NCBI GenBank assembly: GCA_002499345.1
Contig: DALF01000019.1
Span: forward strand, 11,021 to 75,020
Reading direction: 5' to 3'
DNA: 64,000 nucleotides
Source of the DNA: Euryarchaeota archaeon UBA170
GTDB lineage: Archaea > Thermoplasmatota > Poseidoniia > Poseidoniales > Thalassarchaeaceae
Shown here: positions 27,257 to 37,374 of the stretch, one piece after another
Numbering within the stretch: the stretch's first letter is position 1
How the letters are laid out: each line of letters starts with the position of its first letter
Notes under the pieces: model-generated
The model's input: the letters and a program-made list of their open reading frames with translations, nothing else
Database searches by the model: none
Told to the model about the DNA's origin: nothing
Program-made: the position numbers and the translations under genes

Positions 27257-29362
27257 TCATTTTTCAGACTGTTTCTGTCTCGCCCATGTGAATACTAATG
27301 GAATCAACAATACTACCGACGTCTGTAAAATTACGGAGGAATATGGTTCAAAGGTCTCTTCTAGGTTGTACCATTTCAACTCTGCTTCCCCATTATTTCC
27401 AGTTTCAATCCATCCGACGCCCCCCAGAAGAGCCTGTGGACTAGAATGGCTTTCATCCTCATCAAATGTCAGTTGTTCTGTCTGATTTGATTCTATTTGG
27501 TAGATAAAGACTTGAGTTGTCTCAGATTCCTCGGGATTGGATGCGCCTGGCTGGAATCTAGGAATTTGGAGAAAGGCGACATTCCCATTTCCTATACTAG
27601 GAGAAGACGACTCCCATATCGGAGTAGATATCATAGTCTGCATACCGGAAAATGCATCTGCGAAGACTGTCCTATTTATTGGCCCTACATCTACCACTAC
27701 AGCGACTGCTTGACCATCAATTGCAATATCTACAATATTAGACTTTGAGTAATTTATTTCCACTCCTGACTGCTCAGATAAAAATTCATCCTGTGCAATA
27801 TCTGCAATTACGTCTAGGTAGATTGCGGTAGTAGGGCTGGCCTCGGTAAGTGATGAGATGTACACTGTCGGACCTGAGGAATCGTTGTATATTGACCACG
27901 CGACAGAGTTTCCAGATACCTCTAGCGTATCTACCTCATTGGATATTCCCCCTAATTCTGAGATCTCTTGTTCTGAGTTCATCGTCAAAATACCATCTAC
28001 GGTTAGCATCACAATGAGGGGATTTCCATTTCCATCATATCCGATATCTGAAATATCAATCTCAAAATCAACATTCTTAGAGAATATTGGCAGATAGGGA
28101 TTATCTAGAGATTCTAGATCATAGAGATCTACTCGAGTCTGATTATTTACTAAAAGATACGAGCCTGAAATCGATATACTTGGCTCTTCCAACCAAGTAG
28201 GGCCGGATATTAATTGGCCTTGTCTTCCCTCTAAGCTAGTATTCAATGCAGTAATCTCAACATCATCTATTCCGTCCATTTGAGGATCTACTTCTATTCC
28301 TATCAGCCAATCATCAGAGCCGGCGGCGGAAGTTGGCCACTCAACTCCTTCTACGGGAAAATCTTGATGTGTAGCATCCCAAAGAAGCACAAAACCAGTA
28401 GATAGTAGTAAAGCGGCTATGAAAACGCTGGTCTGCTTACTTCCCGGTTCCTTGAGGAGGGAAAGCTTCTGTCTGGCATAATTCCTAGCGCCCGTAAAGA
28501 AATTTTTTGGATTATCAATAAGCCTAGCAAGCTTCCTGGTGAATAGCCTTTCATCAGCGATCTTCCAAATCCCCTTATGTGTCCTCTCCGTGACTGACAC
28601 AGCTGCAATTGCAACAATCATCCCCCCAAGTATATCTATGGCCCAATGAATTCCCAGGTAGACAATAGAGAAGGCGGTCAAAGCTAGGAAAGCCACTAGG
28701 AATCTTCGAAAATTTAGCCACCTTCCATCTTCGTCCCATCTCGTCATGGTTAGCCATATGGCAAATGGAAGACCGATGTGTAGACTAGGCATTCCATTAG
28801 TAAACGGATCTATACGGGTGAACCAGTTGTGAATCTCAGGAGTCAGATCATAGGCTACAGTTTCCATGAGGGGAATGTAGTCTCCCGTCACTCTTACATT
28901 GAAGAATAGATAGAATGGAATTGCTAGAATGTAGACCCAGAACATCGAAAGGGAGACGCGATCTGCCATATGACGATCATCGAAGTATATTGGATATACG
29001 AAGGAAGCGAAAGTCGCTGTCATGAATCCCATGACATAGAAGTGTGTTAGGGCCACATCCAAGAAATCGTTTCTGAAGCCTTCCTGTACCCACAGTACTA
29101 TGTCTCCTTCGATGGCGTAAACGTAGGGAGTCATGTCTAGTTGTGTGTTGGCCATCAAAATTCTATCCAAGCCATCTAAAATATCCTTCCATAGATATAC
29201 TGAGAAAACCACAATCATGTGTGCCCAGTATCTTCTGAACATATCTATGAAGCCCTCGATTCTGACTTTAGCATAAGGGGGCTTGAAAATTGGCATCATT
29301 GCTACGCTGATGAGAATAGCACCTGTTATCCAGGTAATGTAAATCCCGCTTCCTACGGCCAT
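27257..29362 (-). CDS. Membrane protein: N-terminal polytopic PAP2-superfamily domain (PAP2_3/AUR1-like) fused to a ~400-aa extracytoplasmic domain and a C-terminal TM anchor.
   Basis: PSLH and HWAIDILGG (PAP2 motifs 2 and 3 pattern PSxH...HxxxD); at least six N-terminal TM helices; the Ser/Thr/Asn/Asp-rich beta-like domain ends in VVLLIPLVFTWARQKQSEK. Confidence 0.45.
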   Translation of the reverse strand: MAVGSGIYITWITGAILISVAMMPIFKPPYAKVRIEGFIDMFRRYWAHMIVVFSVYLWKDILDGLDRILMANTQLDMTPYVYAIEGDIVLWVQEGFRNDFLDVALTHFYVMGFMTATFASFVYPIYFDDRHMADRVSLSMFWVYILAIPFYLFFNVRVTGDYIPLMETVAYDLTPEIHNWFTRIDPFTNGMPSLHIGLPFAIWLTMTRWDEDGRWLNFRRFLVAFLALTAFSIVYLGIHWAIDILGGMIVAIAAVSVTERTHKGIWKIADERLFTRKLARLIDNPKNFFTGARNYARQKLSLLKEPGSKQTSVFIAALLLSTGFVLLWDATHQDFPVEGVEWPTSAAGSDDWLIGIEVDPQMDGIDDVEITALNTSLEGRQGQLISGPTWLEEPSISISGSYLLVNNQTRVDLYDLESLDNPYLPIFSKNVDFEIDISDIGYDGNGNPLIVMLTVDGILTMNSEQEISELGGISNEVDTLEVSGNSVAWSIYNDSSGPTVYISSLTEASPTTAIYLDVIADIAQDEFLSEQSGVEINYSKSNIVDIAIDGQAVAVVVDVGPINRTVFADAFSGMQTMISTPIWESSSPSIGNGNVAFLQIPRFQPGASNPEESETTQVFIYQIESNQTEQLTFDEDESHSSPQALLGGVGWIETGNNGEAELKWYNLEETFEPYSSVILQTSVVLLIPLVFTWARQKQSEK

Positions 29363-29417
29363 TCAATACCTCCCGAGAAGTATGTTTGACATGAATTCGA
29401 CCCTTGAAATTACTATT

Positions 29418-30422
29418 TTAGGTGATCTTCACTTGGTGAATATCACCTTTCTCCAATGATGAAAGTATCTCTTCAACGACCTTACTGAACGATAATGCAG
29501 TTTCTCCTTCTGGTTCTGCCACAATCCTATGAACTCCATCATCCCCTCCCCTCACCACTCCTGGGTCGAAGGGTAGTCGCCCTAGGAAGGGCACTTCTAG
29601 CTCATGTGCAGAGTCTTCCCCCCCTCCTGATTTGAACAGATCTAAGGTTACAGACCATTTTCCCTCGGGTGAAGCAGTAATATCGATAGGGACCCCCGTT
29701 GGTCCAATCATAGAGAATTGACTACCAGCTTCCGCGGTTCCTGAAATGGTGTAACCACTCATATTCTCGACCACGCCAAGAACAGGGACTGATATTGTCT
29801 TGGCAAAATTGATTGATTTTCTACTGTCCAAAAGTGCGACTTCTTGAGGAGTGGTTACAATAACCACTCCATCCAAATTTGGTAGTGTCTGGCTTACTGT
29901 GAGAGGCTCATCACCGGTTCCGGGAGGGAAATCTATCACAAGAGTGTCAAGCTCTCCCCATGCCACATCTCCGATAAATTGCTGAATGGCGCCGAGTTTT
30001 ATCGGTCCTCTCCAAATTACAGGCTTATCCGGATCTTCAATCAGGAATGCCATTGAAATGACCTTTATCCCATGGGGACCTATTGCGGGAAATATCTGAC
30101 CGTCTTCTATGTGGAGCTCTGTCCCCTCAATGCCTAGCATCTTGGGCACATTAGGCCCTGTAATATCTATGTCCATTAGTCCAACTTTCTTCCCCATACG
30201 AGCTAGTGAAAGAGCTATTCCGGTGGCCACCGTAGTCTTTCCAACACCTCCTTTTCCAGAGAGAACCATGATTTTATGGCGGATTCCCTCACTCATTTTT
30301 GACATTCTCATTTTTCTTTGCATCTGTTGGTAGGCCTGCTCCATCTGAGCTCTCTGATTCGAGTTAGCTTCCTCTTCTGCTTGAGAATCAGGAGAATGGT
30401 GTGACACGGGCGAATCTGCCAT
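29418..30422 (-). CDS. Mrp/NBP35/ApbC family Fe-S cluster carrier ATPase.
   Basis: Deviant Walker A VLSGKGGVGKTTVA; CxxC region absent or divergent; 334 aa with a Gln-rich N-terminal extension. Confidence 0.8.
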   Translation of the reverse strand: MADSPVSHHSPDSQAEEEANSNQRAQMEQAYQQMQRKMRMSKMSEGIRHKIMVLSGKGGVGKTTVATGIALSLARMGKKVGLMDIDITGPNVPKMLGIEGTELHIEDGQIFPAIGPHGIKVISMAFLIEDPDKPVIWRGPIKLGAIQQFIGDVAWGELDTLVIDFPPGTGDEPLTVSQTLPNLDGVVIVTTPQEVALLDSRKSINFAKTISVPVLGVVENMSGYTISGTAEAGSQFSMIGPTGVPIDITASPEGKWSVTLDLFKSGGGEDSAHELEVPFLGRLPFDPGVVRGGDDGVHRIVAEPEGETALSFSKVVEEILSSLEKGDIHQVKIT

Positions 30423-30522
30423 GATACTTGGTAAGAGCGGGCATACTTCAATGCTAGTCTAGGTAATTTTAATTAATTGCTATTGGGGTTGAGTTAATTT
30501 AGTTCAATTCATTCGGAAATCT

Positions 30523-30900
30523 GTGAGGTTTCTATTCGTTTGTGTAGGTAACACTTGCAGGAGCCAAATGGCTGAGGCGATATGTAAGAGTCTTGGACAC
30601 TCTGCTAATTCTGCTGGGACACACCCTGGAAGGGAAGTTAATGCAAATGCAATCAGAGTACTAGAAGAAAGGGGGATAGAGTCAATGGGACTTTTCCCTA
30701 AATCAATAGATGATATTGAAACCGACGGCTATGATAAGATAGTTAGCATGGGCTGTGGAGTACAATGTCCCAAACTCCCCATTGACTACGACTGGGGACT
30801 AGATGACCCTCATGGAAAGTCGATAGAAATATATAGATCGACACGAGATTCGATAATTGATTTGATGCGTGAATTGATTCTAAAAGAGACCGACGCTTAG
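30523..30900 (+). CDS. Low-molecular-weight phosphotyrosine phosphatase family protein (ArsC-like arsenate reductase / LMW-PTP).
   Basis: P-loop CVGNTCRS (C-X5-R-S/T) at the N-terminus; 125 aa. Confidence 0.75.
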   Translation: MRFLFVCVGNTCRSQMAEAICKSLGHSANSAGTHPGREVNANAIRVLEERGIESMGLFPKSIDDIETDGYDKIVSMGCGVQCPKLPIDYDWGLDDPHGKSIEIYRSTRDSIIDLMRELILKETDA

Positions 30901-30929
30901 AAAAGCGATTCTGCTTTCCCAACATTCAC

Positions 30930-31004
30930 ACGAGTGTAGTGTAGTGGTTATCACCCGGCGTTGCCAACGCCGGAACCCGGGTTCAAATCCCGGCACTCGT
31001 ACCA
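30930..31004 (+). tRNA. tRNA-Gly (anticodon GCC), genomically encoded CCA.
   Basis: ACGAGTG-TA-GTGTAGTGGTTATCAC-C-CGGCG-TTGCCAA-CGCCG-GAAC-CCGGG-TTCAAAT-CCCGG-CACTCGT-A-CCA. Perfect 7-bp acceptor stem (A1:U72), 5-bp anticodon stem, anticodon GCC. Confidence 0.85.
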
Positions 31005-31016
31005 TTTTATCTGGAA

Positions 31017-34000
31017 TTAGTCAAAATCTGACTTTCTAATCTGTAAAATTACTGCTACCATGCCAAGGAGCAGGAGAGAGAAGGAAGTTACTAGAACGAT
31101 TGAAGACATGTTCTTCGAAATCCAGCTAGAGTCACCAGCGCAACAGTCGGATGAGTAGACCGAGAACACGTGCCCCTGATCTTCTAGAGGAGTGCTAGAA
31201 AGATAGATGTCTGTGGCTCTTATTTTTATTTCTAGGTCCCCCTCCGGTATGGTCGATCTGACTATGAACTCCAGTGAATAAATGCCGTCTCCTGCTAACC
31301 GATCCCCCGAAGTACCGTCATCTACCATTAGTAGCCATTCCTCAGACTTCCCGATCTCAGCGAGCCTGCCTATCTTTGCTTGAACGGACGATACCCCGTC
31401 ATAATCAGAAATCGCAGCCTCGATGTGATGAGTAATTTGCCCACCATTCCCGGAGACCATTACTGGATGGATTACTTGCTCTTGATCAGAAATGTAAGAC
31501 TGAGGGGACCCATCTCTCCATACCTCCAAAGATGAAACTGTAGGATGTTCGTTATCAATCCTCAATAGCGAGGTCAACTTTAGGCCATTAGTGATTATTT
31601 CCGCTCCTTGTAAATCTGATATTCTCAGAGGAATGCCTCTCTCGCCGGGCGCTACTGTGATGGGAACGGAGAATTCTCCAGACCACATTCCTGAAGACTC
31701 TGAGAAGTTAAGGGGGTATAGCTCACCTCCAGAGCTCAGGAGATCTACAATTACTTCAGATACCCCATGGCCATCTACACAATCGACTGTAATTCCTATG
31801 GATTCGCCCCTGATTGCTGATGACTGCGAGAATGAAACTGAAGTCACCCTTGGAGGGAGATTTGCAATACTAATTTCTGCTGTTTCAATTATTTCAACCC
31901 AGTAATCTATGATTGTAATGGGGATATAGAAATCTCCAAACTCTAGTCCATTGTGAATGACTAGTGATGTCCAAACATCATCACGAATGGTTAGATCTCC
32001 TTTCAAGCCACTATCTGAAAGCTCGATAAGTCCCATTCCAATAGAAGAAAAATCGGCGACAACGGATACAACATCCGTATCTATGTCATTAATCAACACT
32101 TCAATATGAGATACCCCTCCCTCTGTATGTAGAAATCCCTCTCGGAATCTAACAGATTCTAGAGATGGAGGAGTGTTTTCATCAGCGGTAATTATTGATG
32201 GGTATAGAATTCTATCTACCTTCTGATACTCCTGAAAGGAAATGTCACTTGATTGATTTTCATCTCCTGATTCTAATGTTATCCACCTTGAGACCTCATA
32301 CAAAAGTCCTGAGAGAGGACCTTCATTGACAAAAAATCCTGAGGCCATAATTTCCTCGAAGTCGAATTCTCCAGTCCATTCTGCGACTTCTACGATATGA
32401 CCATCCATCTCTTTCTCAATGATCGAATTAATTGTTACTTCGAGAGTATTAGATGGATTGCCAAATAGAACAAATCTATCACCTGGAACCACGATCTGGG
32501 GCGATTTTCCACTCTCTCGGGATATCTGATTGGAAATCAGAGGGCTGGCCTCCGGTCTGGTTGGCTGTTCTACTATTGGCGATTCAGGAGGGAATTCATT
32601 TGAAACAGAACCATTGTCCTCTACGTACTGTAATCTGACAGTCCTATTCTGCCAGTCCTCCTGAGGCACAGTGAATTCATATGTCAGATTATGCTCAGCA
32701 CCGAATTCTTGGGAGATTGGTCCGAAAGGGGTTGCTGAAACATTGAACCAGAACTCGTTTTGAATCTTATCGACCTCATATCTTACGCCCTCTGAATTCT
32801 CCTGTATTCCAGAGTCTACTATCTGCCTGACAAATCCGAAACTACCCTCGGCATCACCATCATAGGTCCCATCCACAATTATCGTGTCCGAAACTGTCTC
32901 GCCTCCAGTCGATTCTAGATGGATCATTGGAATGGTCCCATTCACGTCTATACTGAACTGATCATCGTCAATCTCAAATCCGAATTCACCCCCTCCGAAT
33001 GCTCTGAAGAACTGTTCCTCACGGGTATCGTCAGACCATCTCTCTCTGATTATCAAATCATCAAGCTCGAATGAGAAAAAGTCTGATACCCCCGATATCC
33101 TCAATGATGCATTTGCCTCTAACTGAAAATTCTGAATACGCCTCTGCCCGTCTTCATCGAAGGATTCGAAGTAGAAGGTATGGATTTCTCCGAAGCCTCC
33201 ACCTGAGCTATTGTTATCTCCACCATTGAAAGATAGCCATCCGTTGCCCTCGATTATAATCCTCTCAGACAACTCGCCATTTTCCCATGAGCGATTTATA
33301 GAGGCCTCACTGACTGAAATTTCTGCTGTGAAACCTTCTTCATAACCTTCTTCTGAATAGCCTTCCCTTAGCACCATTGTGCCATTACCTAACATCTCAA
33401 AATCTTGAGATAGAAGCTCATCTCCATCGTATGTTTCGTTCAACCATACTCTGTCCAGAGAGAGGTCCAGAATAATCCCATTTAATCCGTTCATTGTGTT
33501 CATCTGAAGAGAGCCGTTGCCAAGTTCATTGGATTCTAGAGTAGCCCCTTCTCTCTTTTGCCAGCCTCTTCCGATAAAATCGATATTCTGATTGCCAGAA
33601 TCTTCTCCTTCTAGTGACCAGACGGTCTCTCTTGTGATTTCATGATCCTCGATTGGTTGGTTCCAATTGGTAACTACAAAAGATCTGGTGCACGACGACT
33701 CCAAACTGGAGAAGTTAACAAAAATCTTGTCGCCAAAATTTGGTTGTGATTCTAGTTCTATGTCTACCTCCCCTCCAGCGCTAATGTGTGAGACATTTAG
33801 TGGGTTGTCATCTACTGTCATGCCCGCGTGGCTCGCGTTGATAGAAATGCCACTTGGGGATGTTCCAGGAGAAAACGGCGGGTCGAAAACGACTCGATAC
33901 CTGTGGATGTGCTCTACTGAGAAGAGTTCGCCTTCCTCGTTCGGCTCTTCTAGCCAGTTGACTTGAGAGCCCCAATCAACCAGAATCTCACATTCATTAG

Positions 34001-34112
34001 TGACTGAAGACTGTCCAGAAACCAAACTTGTAGGCAAGCTGAGCAACAATATTGATGTCAATAGAATTGCGAATTTTGTCTTTGATTCCTCCTTAGCCAA
34101 ATCAACCACCAA
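31017..34112 (-). CDS. Large (1031 aa) secreted cell-surface protein: N-terminal signal peptide, C-terminal single TM anchor; Ser/Asp/Glu/Asn-rich beta-rich ectodomain (S-layer/adhesin-like).
   Basis: N-terminus FAILLTSILLLSLPTSLVSGQSS; C-terminus MSSIVLVTSFSLLLLGMVAVILQIRK; no catalytic motif recognised. Confidence 0.55.
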   Translation of the reverse strand: MVVDLAKEESKTKFAILLTSILLLSLPTSLVSGQSSVTNECEILVDWGSQVNWLEEPNEEGELFSVEHIHRYRVVFDPPFSPGTSPSGISINASHAGMTVDDNPLNVSHISAGGEVDIELESQPNFGDKIFVNFSSLESSCTRSFVVTNWNQPIEDHEITRETVWSLEGEDSGNQNIDFIGRGWQKREGATLESNELGNGSLQMNTMNGLNGIILDLSLDRVWLNETYDGDELLSQDFEMLGNGTMVLREGYSEEGYEEGFTAEISVSEASINRSWENGELSERIIIEGNGWLSFNGGDNNSSGGGFGEIHTFYFESFDEDGQRRIQNFQLEANASLRISGVSDFFSFELDDLIIRERWSDDTREEQFFRAFGGGEFGFEIDDDQFSIDVNGTIPMIHLESTGGETVSDTIIVDGTYDGDAEGSFGFVRQIVDSGIQENSEGVRYEVDKIQNEFWFNVSATPFGPISQEFGAEHNLTYEFTVPQEDWQNRTVRLQYVEDNGSVSNEFPPESPIVEQPTRPEASPLISNQISRESGKSPQIVVPGDRFVLFGNPSNTLEVTINSIIEKEMDGHIVEVAEWTGEFDFEEIMASGFFVNEGPLSGLLYEVSRWITLESGDENQSSDISFQEYQKVDRILYPSIITADENTPPSLESVRFREGFLHTEGGVSHIEVLINDIDTDVVSVVADFSSIGMGLIELSDSGLKGDLTIRDDVWTSLVIHNGLEFGDFYIPITIIDYWVEIIETAEISIANLPPRVTSVSFSQSSAIRGESIGITVDCVDGHGVSEVIVDLLSSGGELYPLNFSESSGMWSGEFSVPITVAPGERGIPLRISDLQGAEIITNGLKLTSLLRIDNEHPTVSSLEVWRDGSPQSYISDQEQVIHPVMVSGNGGQITHHIEAAISDYDGVSSVQAKIGRLAEIGKSEEWLLMVDDGTSGDRLAGDGIYSLEFIVRSTIPEGDLEIKIRATDIYLSSTPLEDQGHVFSVYSSDCCAGDSSWISKNMSSIVLVTSFSLLLLGMVAVILQIRKSDFD

Positions 34113-34277
34113 TTACTGCTAGCGATAGCATTAGTACAATAACCATTCCTAATGCCAGACAGTGGGACATCAAGGTGAATATACGGTCAATGGTCTTTCT
34201 TTCGTTGAATCAAAGGGGAAAAGCAGAGCTAATGGGGTTGCCCTGAGCGAGTCTAATCGTGTCGCCGCTCTGAGGTA

Positions 34278-34712
34278 TCAGAATAGAGGCTCTTCGTAGT
34301 CATCGTCTTCGCCTGATCTTTCCTTCCAAAGAGAAACCGGAACATCATCATACACATCTGAGTAAGGATCCTTGTCCTTCTGATTCAATAGTGCCGCTTC
34401 GGCGGCCGCTCTAGCGAACTCCTCTGCATTGGCTTTGAACTTCCAATAGTGAATCCTCCACTCTCTTCCATCCCAGAGAGTTGTTTCCTCTGACTCTGTT
34501 GTCAGGAGGTCATAGTCCTGGAGCTGGTAGAACAGATTTCTGTCTGTGGGCTCCAGTGCATTATCGATAATCCTGTTTGAGAAGCCGAAGAAACCCAGAG
34601 CGTGCTCGGCGATCGACTCTGCGACGACTACTTCCATATCGGAGTCTACCTTGCTTCGGATTGCAGAAGTAAGTTGTGCTAGTGTCAAACCCATCGCATC
34701 GCCTCCAGACAT
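34278..34712 (-). CDS. Hypothetical acidic cytoplasmic protein (144 aa).
   Basis: ORF with coding-like composition; no motif. Confidence 0.35.
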   Translation of the reverse strand: MSGGDAMGLTLAQLTSAIRSKVDSDMEVVVAESIAEHALGFFGFSNRIIDNALEPTDRNLFYQLQDYDLLTTESEETTLWDGREWRIHYWKFKANAEEFARAAAEAALLNQKDKDPYSDVYDDVPVSLWKERSGEDDDYEEPLF

Positions 34713-34777
34713 GCATACAGGGGAGGGCGCTCTATTTCAACGGTATCTCTTAACACTTCAAAATCAAGTGATTATGT

Positions 34778-35752
34778 ATGCGAAGTCATTATTCTACATC
34801 ACAGAGACGAGAATGCATGGACAATGATAGGCGAGCCAGTTTCCTAGGCCTCAAGGAGAGCCATGAGGGGCCGTGGGACGTTGTCATTCTCCCAATCCCC
34901 TTCGAGATGACTACCAGCTGGATAGAGGGCACTGAGAAGGGACCATCAGCATGCATAGACGCCAGTTCTCAAGTCGAGTTGTATGACCCCCTGCTTCCCG
35001 AGGAGCTTCCCTGTGGGCTTTCGTTCCATACTGCAGAGCCATGGAGTTCTGAAGCTGGAACCCTAATGGATCAGTTGGACTCTATTCGTGAATACTTCTC
35101 AGAGTGGGTAGGAGAAAGTTTCCCACTGATCCTTGGGGGAGAGCATGGCATCTTGCCGCCAATTATGGAAGCATTGTCTAATCATCCAGAATTACAGGGG
35201 GACCTTACTAGATTGACATTGGTTCAAATTGATGCCCACGCCGATCTCAGAGATGAGCTTCAGGGAGAGAGATACTCCCATGGGACCGCTATCAGGAGGG
35301 CTCTAGATGCAGGCGTTGGCAGGGTCATTCAGATAGGAACCAGGGCTCTGTCGAAGTCCGAGGCCGAATTCTCGATGAAGGACGAAAGGGTAGAGACATG
35401 GTATGCCAGAGACATACTAGGAGGACTGGGGAGGGAGGGAGGCTGGAAAGGTATGCTCGAGAGTATTTCGGAAATTGAAGGACCTGTCTGGATTACCTTC
35501 GACATAGACGGTCTTGATGGTAAGTTGGTACCATCAACAGGTACTCCGGTTCCCGGGGGCCTTTCTCATTGGGCGGCCGTCGAAGTCATTGAGAGTGTCT
35601 TTTCTGCTTCAGGCATCAAGGTTCTGGGGGCGGATGTGAACGAGATTGCTCCTGGGAAGGAAGGTCCTCTCACCGAATTCAATGCCGCACTGATTGCGAC
35701 TAAGATTATTACATGCCATATTGCGGGATATCTGAGCGGAAAAGGAGAATGA
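34778..35752 (+). CDS. Ureohydrolase (arginase/agmatinase/formiminoglutamase family).
   Basis: Mn-binding motifs: GGEHGI (GGDHS-like), IDAHADL, ITFDIDGLD; 324 aa. Start may be the second Met. Confidence 0.75.
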   Translation: MRSHYSTSQRRECMDNDRRASFLGLKESHEGPWDVVILPIPFEMTTSWIEGTEKGPSACIDASSQVELYDPLLPEELPCGLSFHTAEPWSSEAGTLMDQLDSIREYFSEWVGESFPLILGGEHGILPPIMEALSNHPELQGDLTRLTLVQIDAHADLRDELQGERYSHGTAIRRALDAGVGRVIQIGTRALSKSEAEFSMKDERVETWYARDILGGLGREGGWKGMLESISEIEGPVWITFDIDGLDGKLVPSTGTPVPGGLSHWAAVEVIESVFSASGIKVLGADVNEIAPGKEGPLTEFNAALIATKIITCHIAGYLSGKGE

Positions 35753-35780
35753 TTGTATCTTAGTACCTCCTCAGTATGGT

Positions 35781-37280
35781 ATGCGTAAATGGTTGACTAC
35801 CTTGGTTCTGTCATCGCTGATGGTGGCCTCTGTATCTTCGATGGTTACTGCTCAGATAAGTCAGCCAGATATCGTCCAAGAGCATTGGTACCATTCCTAC
35901 GCAACGCTGACCTTGGACATCAATGCTTGGGAAGATGACCACCCAGAAATCGTCAATCTCTCCTCCATAGGGCAGACTGAATTGGGGAGAGAGATTTGGA
36001 TGCTACAGATCACCGACGAATCTTGTCCGCTTGATTGGGATTTTGATGGGTGTGAACACTCCTATTACGGTGGAGAAGGTAGAGAAGGGCCATTAGTAGT
36101 TCGCAAAGAAGTAGTATACATCGATGGTGGCCATCATGGTAATGAGCATCTAGGAACCGAACTCGCCTTCCTAGTTGCCGAGTACTACATCGAGGGCTGG
36201 GGAAACGGAGATCAAGAGATTATCGATTTATTGGCGACGACTGAATTGCATATCCTAATCATGCTAAATGCGGACGGTAATGACTTCGACACAAGATGGA
36301 ATGTCAATCAAGTGGACCTGAACAGAAACTATGATCACTACTGGAACACCTGTCCTACGACACAACCGGGGAGTTCTGCATTTAGTGAATCAGAGACTCT
36401 TGCGAATTCCATATACATGAACGATGTTGTGCCTCATGCTGACCTGTATATTACCATGCATACGGGAGTCTGGATAATGCTCTATCCTTGGGGCAAGTGG
36501 CCAGAGCAACCGTCTGACTGGGAAATGTACCATCATATTAGAGATGAGGTAAATTCTAACATTTCTGATATCCCTATTCGCAACGCCAACCAAGGCCTCT
36601 ACCCGAACTGTGGAACCAGCCGAGATTACGGCTATGGCGTGATGGGCTATCCCACGTTCACCTTCGAGACTGATGATGAGCAGTTCCTGCTGGGGACAGT
36701 AGAGGCCCTATCGGAAAGATTGGGAGAGGAGCTCGACGTGATGCATTACCTCATAGAGAATGTATGGTACTGGAGAGCTCGTCTTGTTGCCGATTCCTTG
36801 AAGGTAGAAGAAGGAAAAGTACATCTCAGCGTTTCTAATCTAGGTTATTCAAGCACTTCAAATGCCACACTGCTGTACATGGAGGGAGTGGATTCGACAG
36901 AGATTTGGCTCCCTGGGTCGGATGAACCAGTCGAAATGATAGGACTGACGCAAAAGGGAGGGACCCCCCAAATACAGTTTGGTTCAGACTTCAACTTCTC
37001 CACCTCCGGATTCGGCTTCGCAGTCAATGCCACTAATAGCACGATCACGACTCTCGACTTTACGGGCGCTCCGGTTTCAAGCAAGGGGATTTGGACCCTG
37101 TACTACCAGAAGAGAGTAGTGGATTCCTCGATGTGGGTGGGAAACCCAATCAATGACAGCGTAGTTGACTACGAGAGTAGTGGCGGCTCGAGCCTTCTTC
37201 CTACTCCTTCGATACTGCTTATCTTAGTCTCATTCACGCTGGCTTCGATCAATGGAAGAAATGGTAGATTTGAACAATAA
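35781..37280 (+). CDS. Secreted zinc carboxypeptidase (peptidase M14) with a C-terminal membrane anchor.
   Basis: Signal peptide; zinc ligands in YIDGGHHGNEHLGTE (HxxE); NRNYD motif; C-terminal hydrophobic tail. Confidence 0.8.
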   Translation: MRKWLTTLVLSSLMVASVSSMVTAQISQPDIVQEHWYHSYATLTLDINAWEDDHPEIVNLSSIGQTELGREIWMLQITDESCPLDWDFDGCEHSYYGGEGREGPLVVRKEVVYIDGGHHGNEHLGTELAFLVAEYYIEGWGNGDQEIIDLLATTELHILIMLNADGNDFDTRWNVNQVDLNRNYDHYWNTCPTTQPGSSAFSESETLANSIYMNDVVPHADLYITMHTGVWIMLYPWGKWPEQPSDWEMYHHIRDEVNSNISDIPIRNANQGLYPNCGTSRDYGYGVMGYPTFTFETDDEQFLLGTVEALSERLGEELDVMHYLIENVWYWRARLVADSLKVEEGKVHLSVSNLGYSSTSNATLLYMEGVDSTEIWLPGSDEPVEMIGLTQKGGTPQIQFGSDFNFSTSGFGFAVNATNSTITTLDFTGAPVSSKGIWTLYYQKRVVDSSMWVGNPINDSVVDYESSGGSSLLPTPSILLILVSFTLASINGRNGRFEQ

Positions 37281-37374
37281 TTTATGTTTCATGGCTGCTA
37301 ATTAGACTCTAATCTCATAGTTTGACATAGAATTATTTGTAAACTAGATACTAATCGGGCAGTTCGGGCTATTT

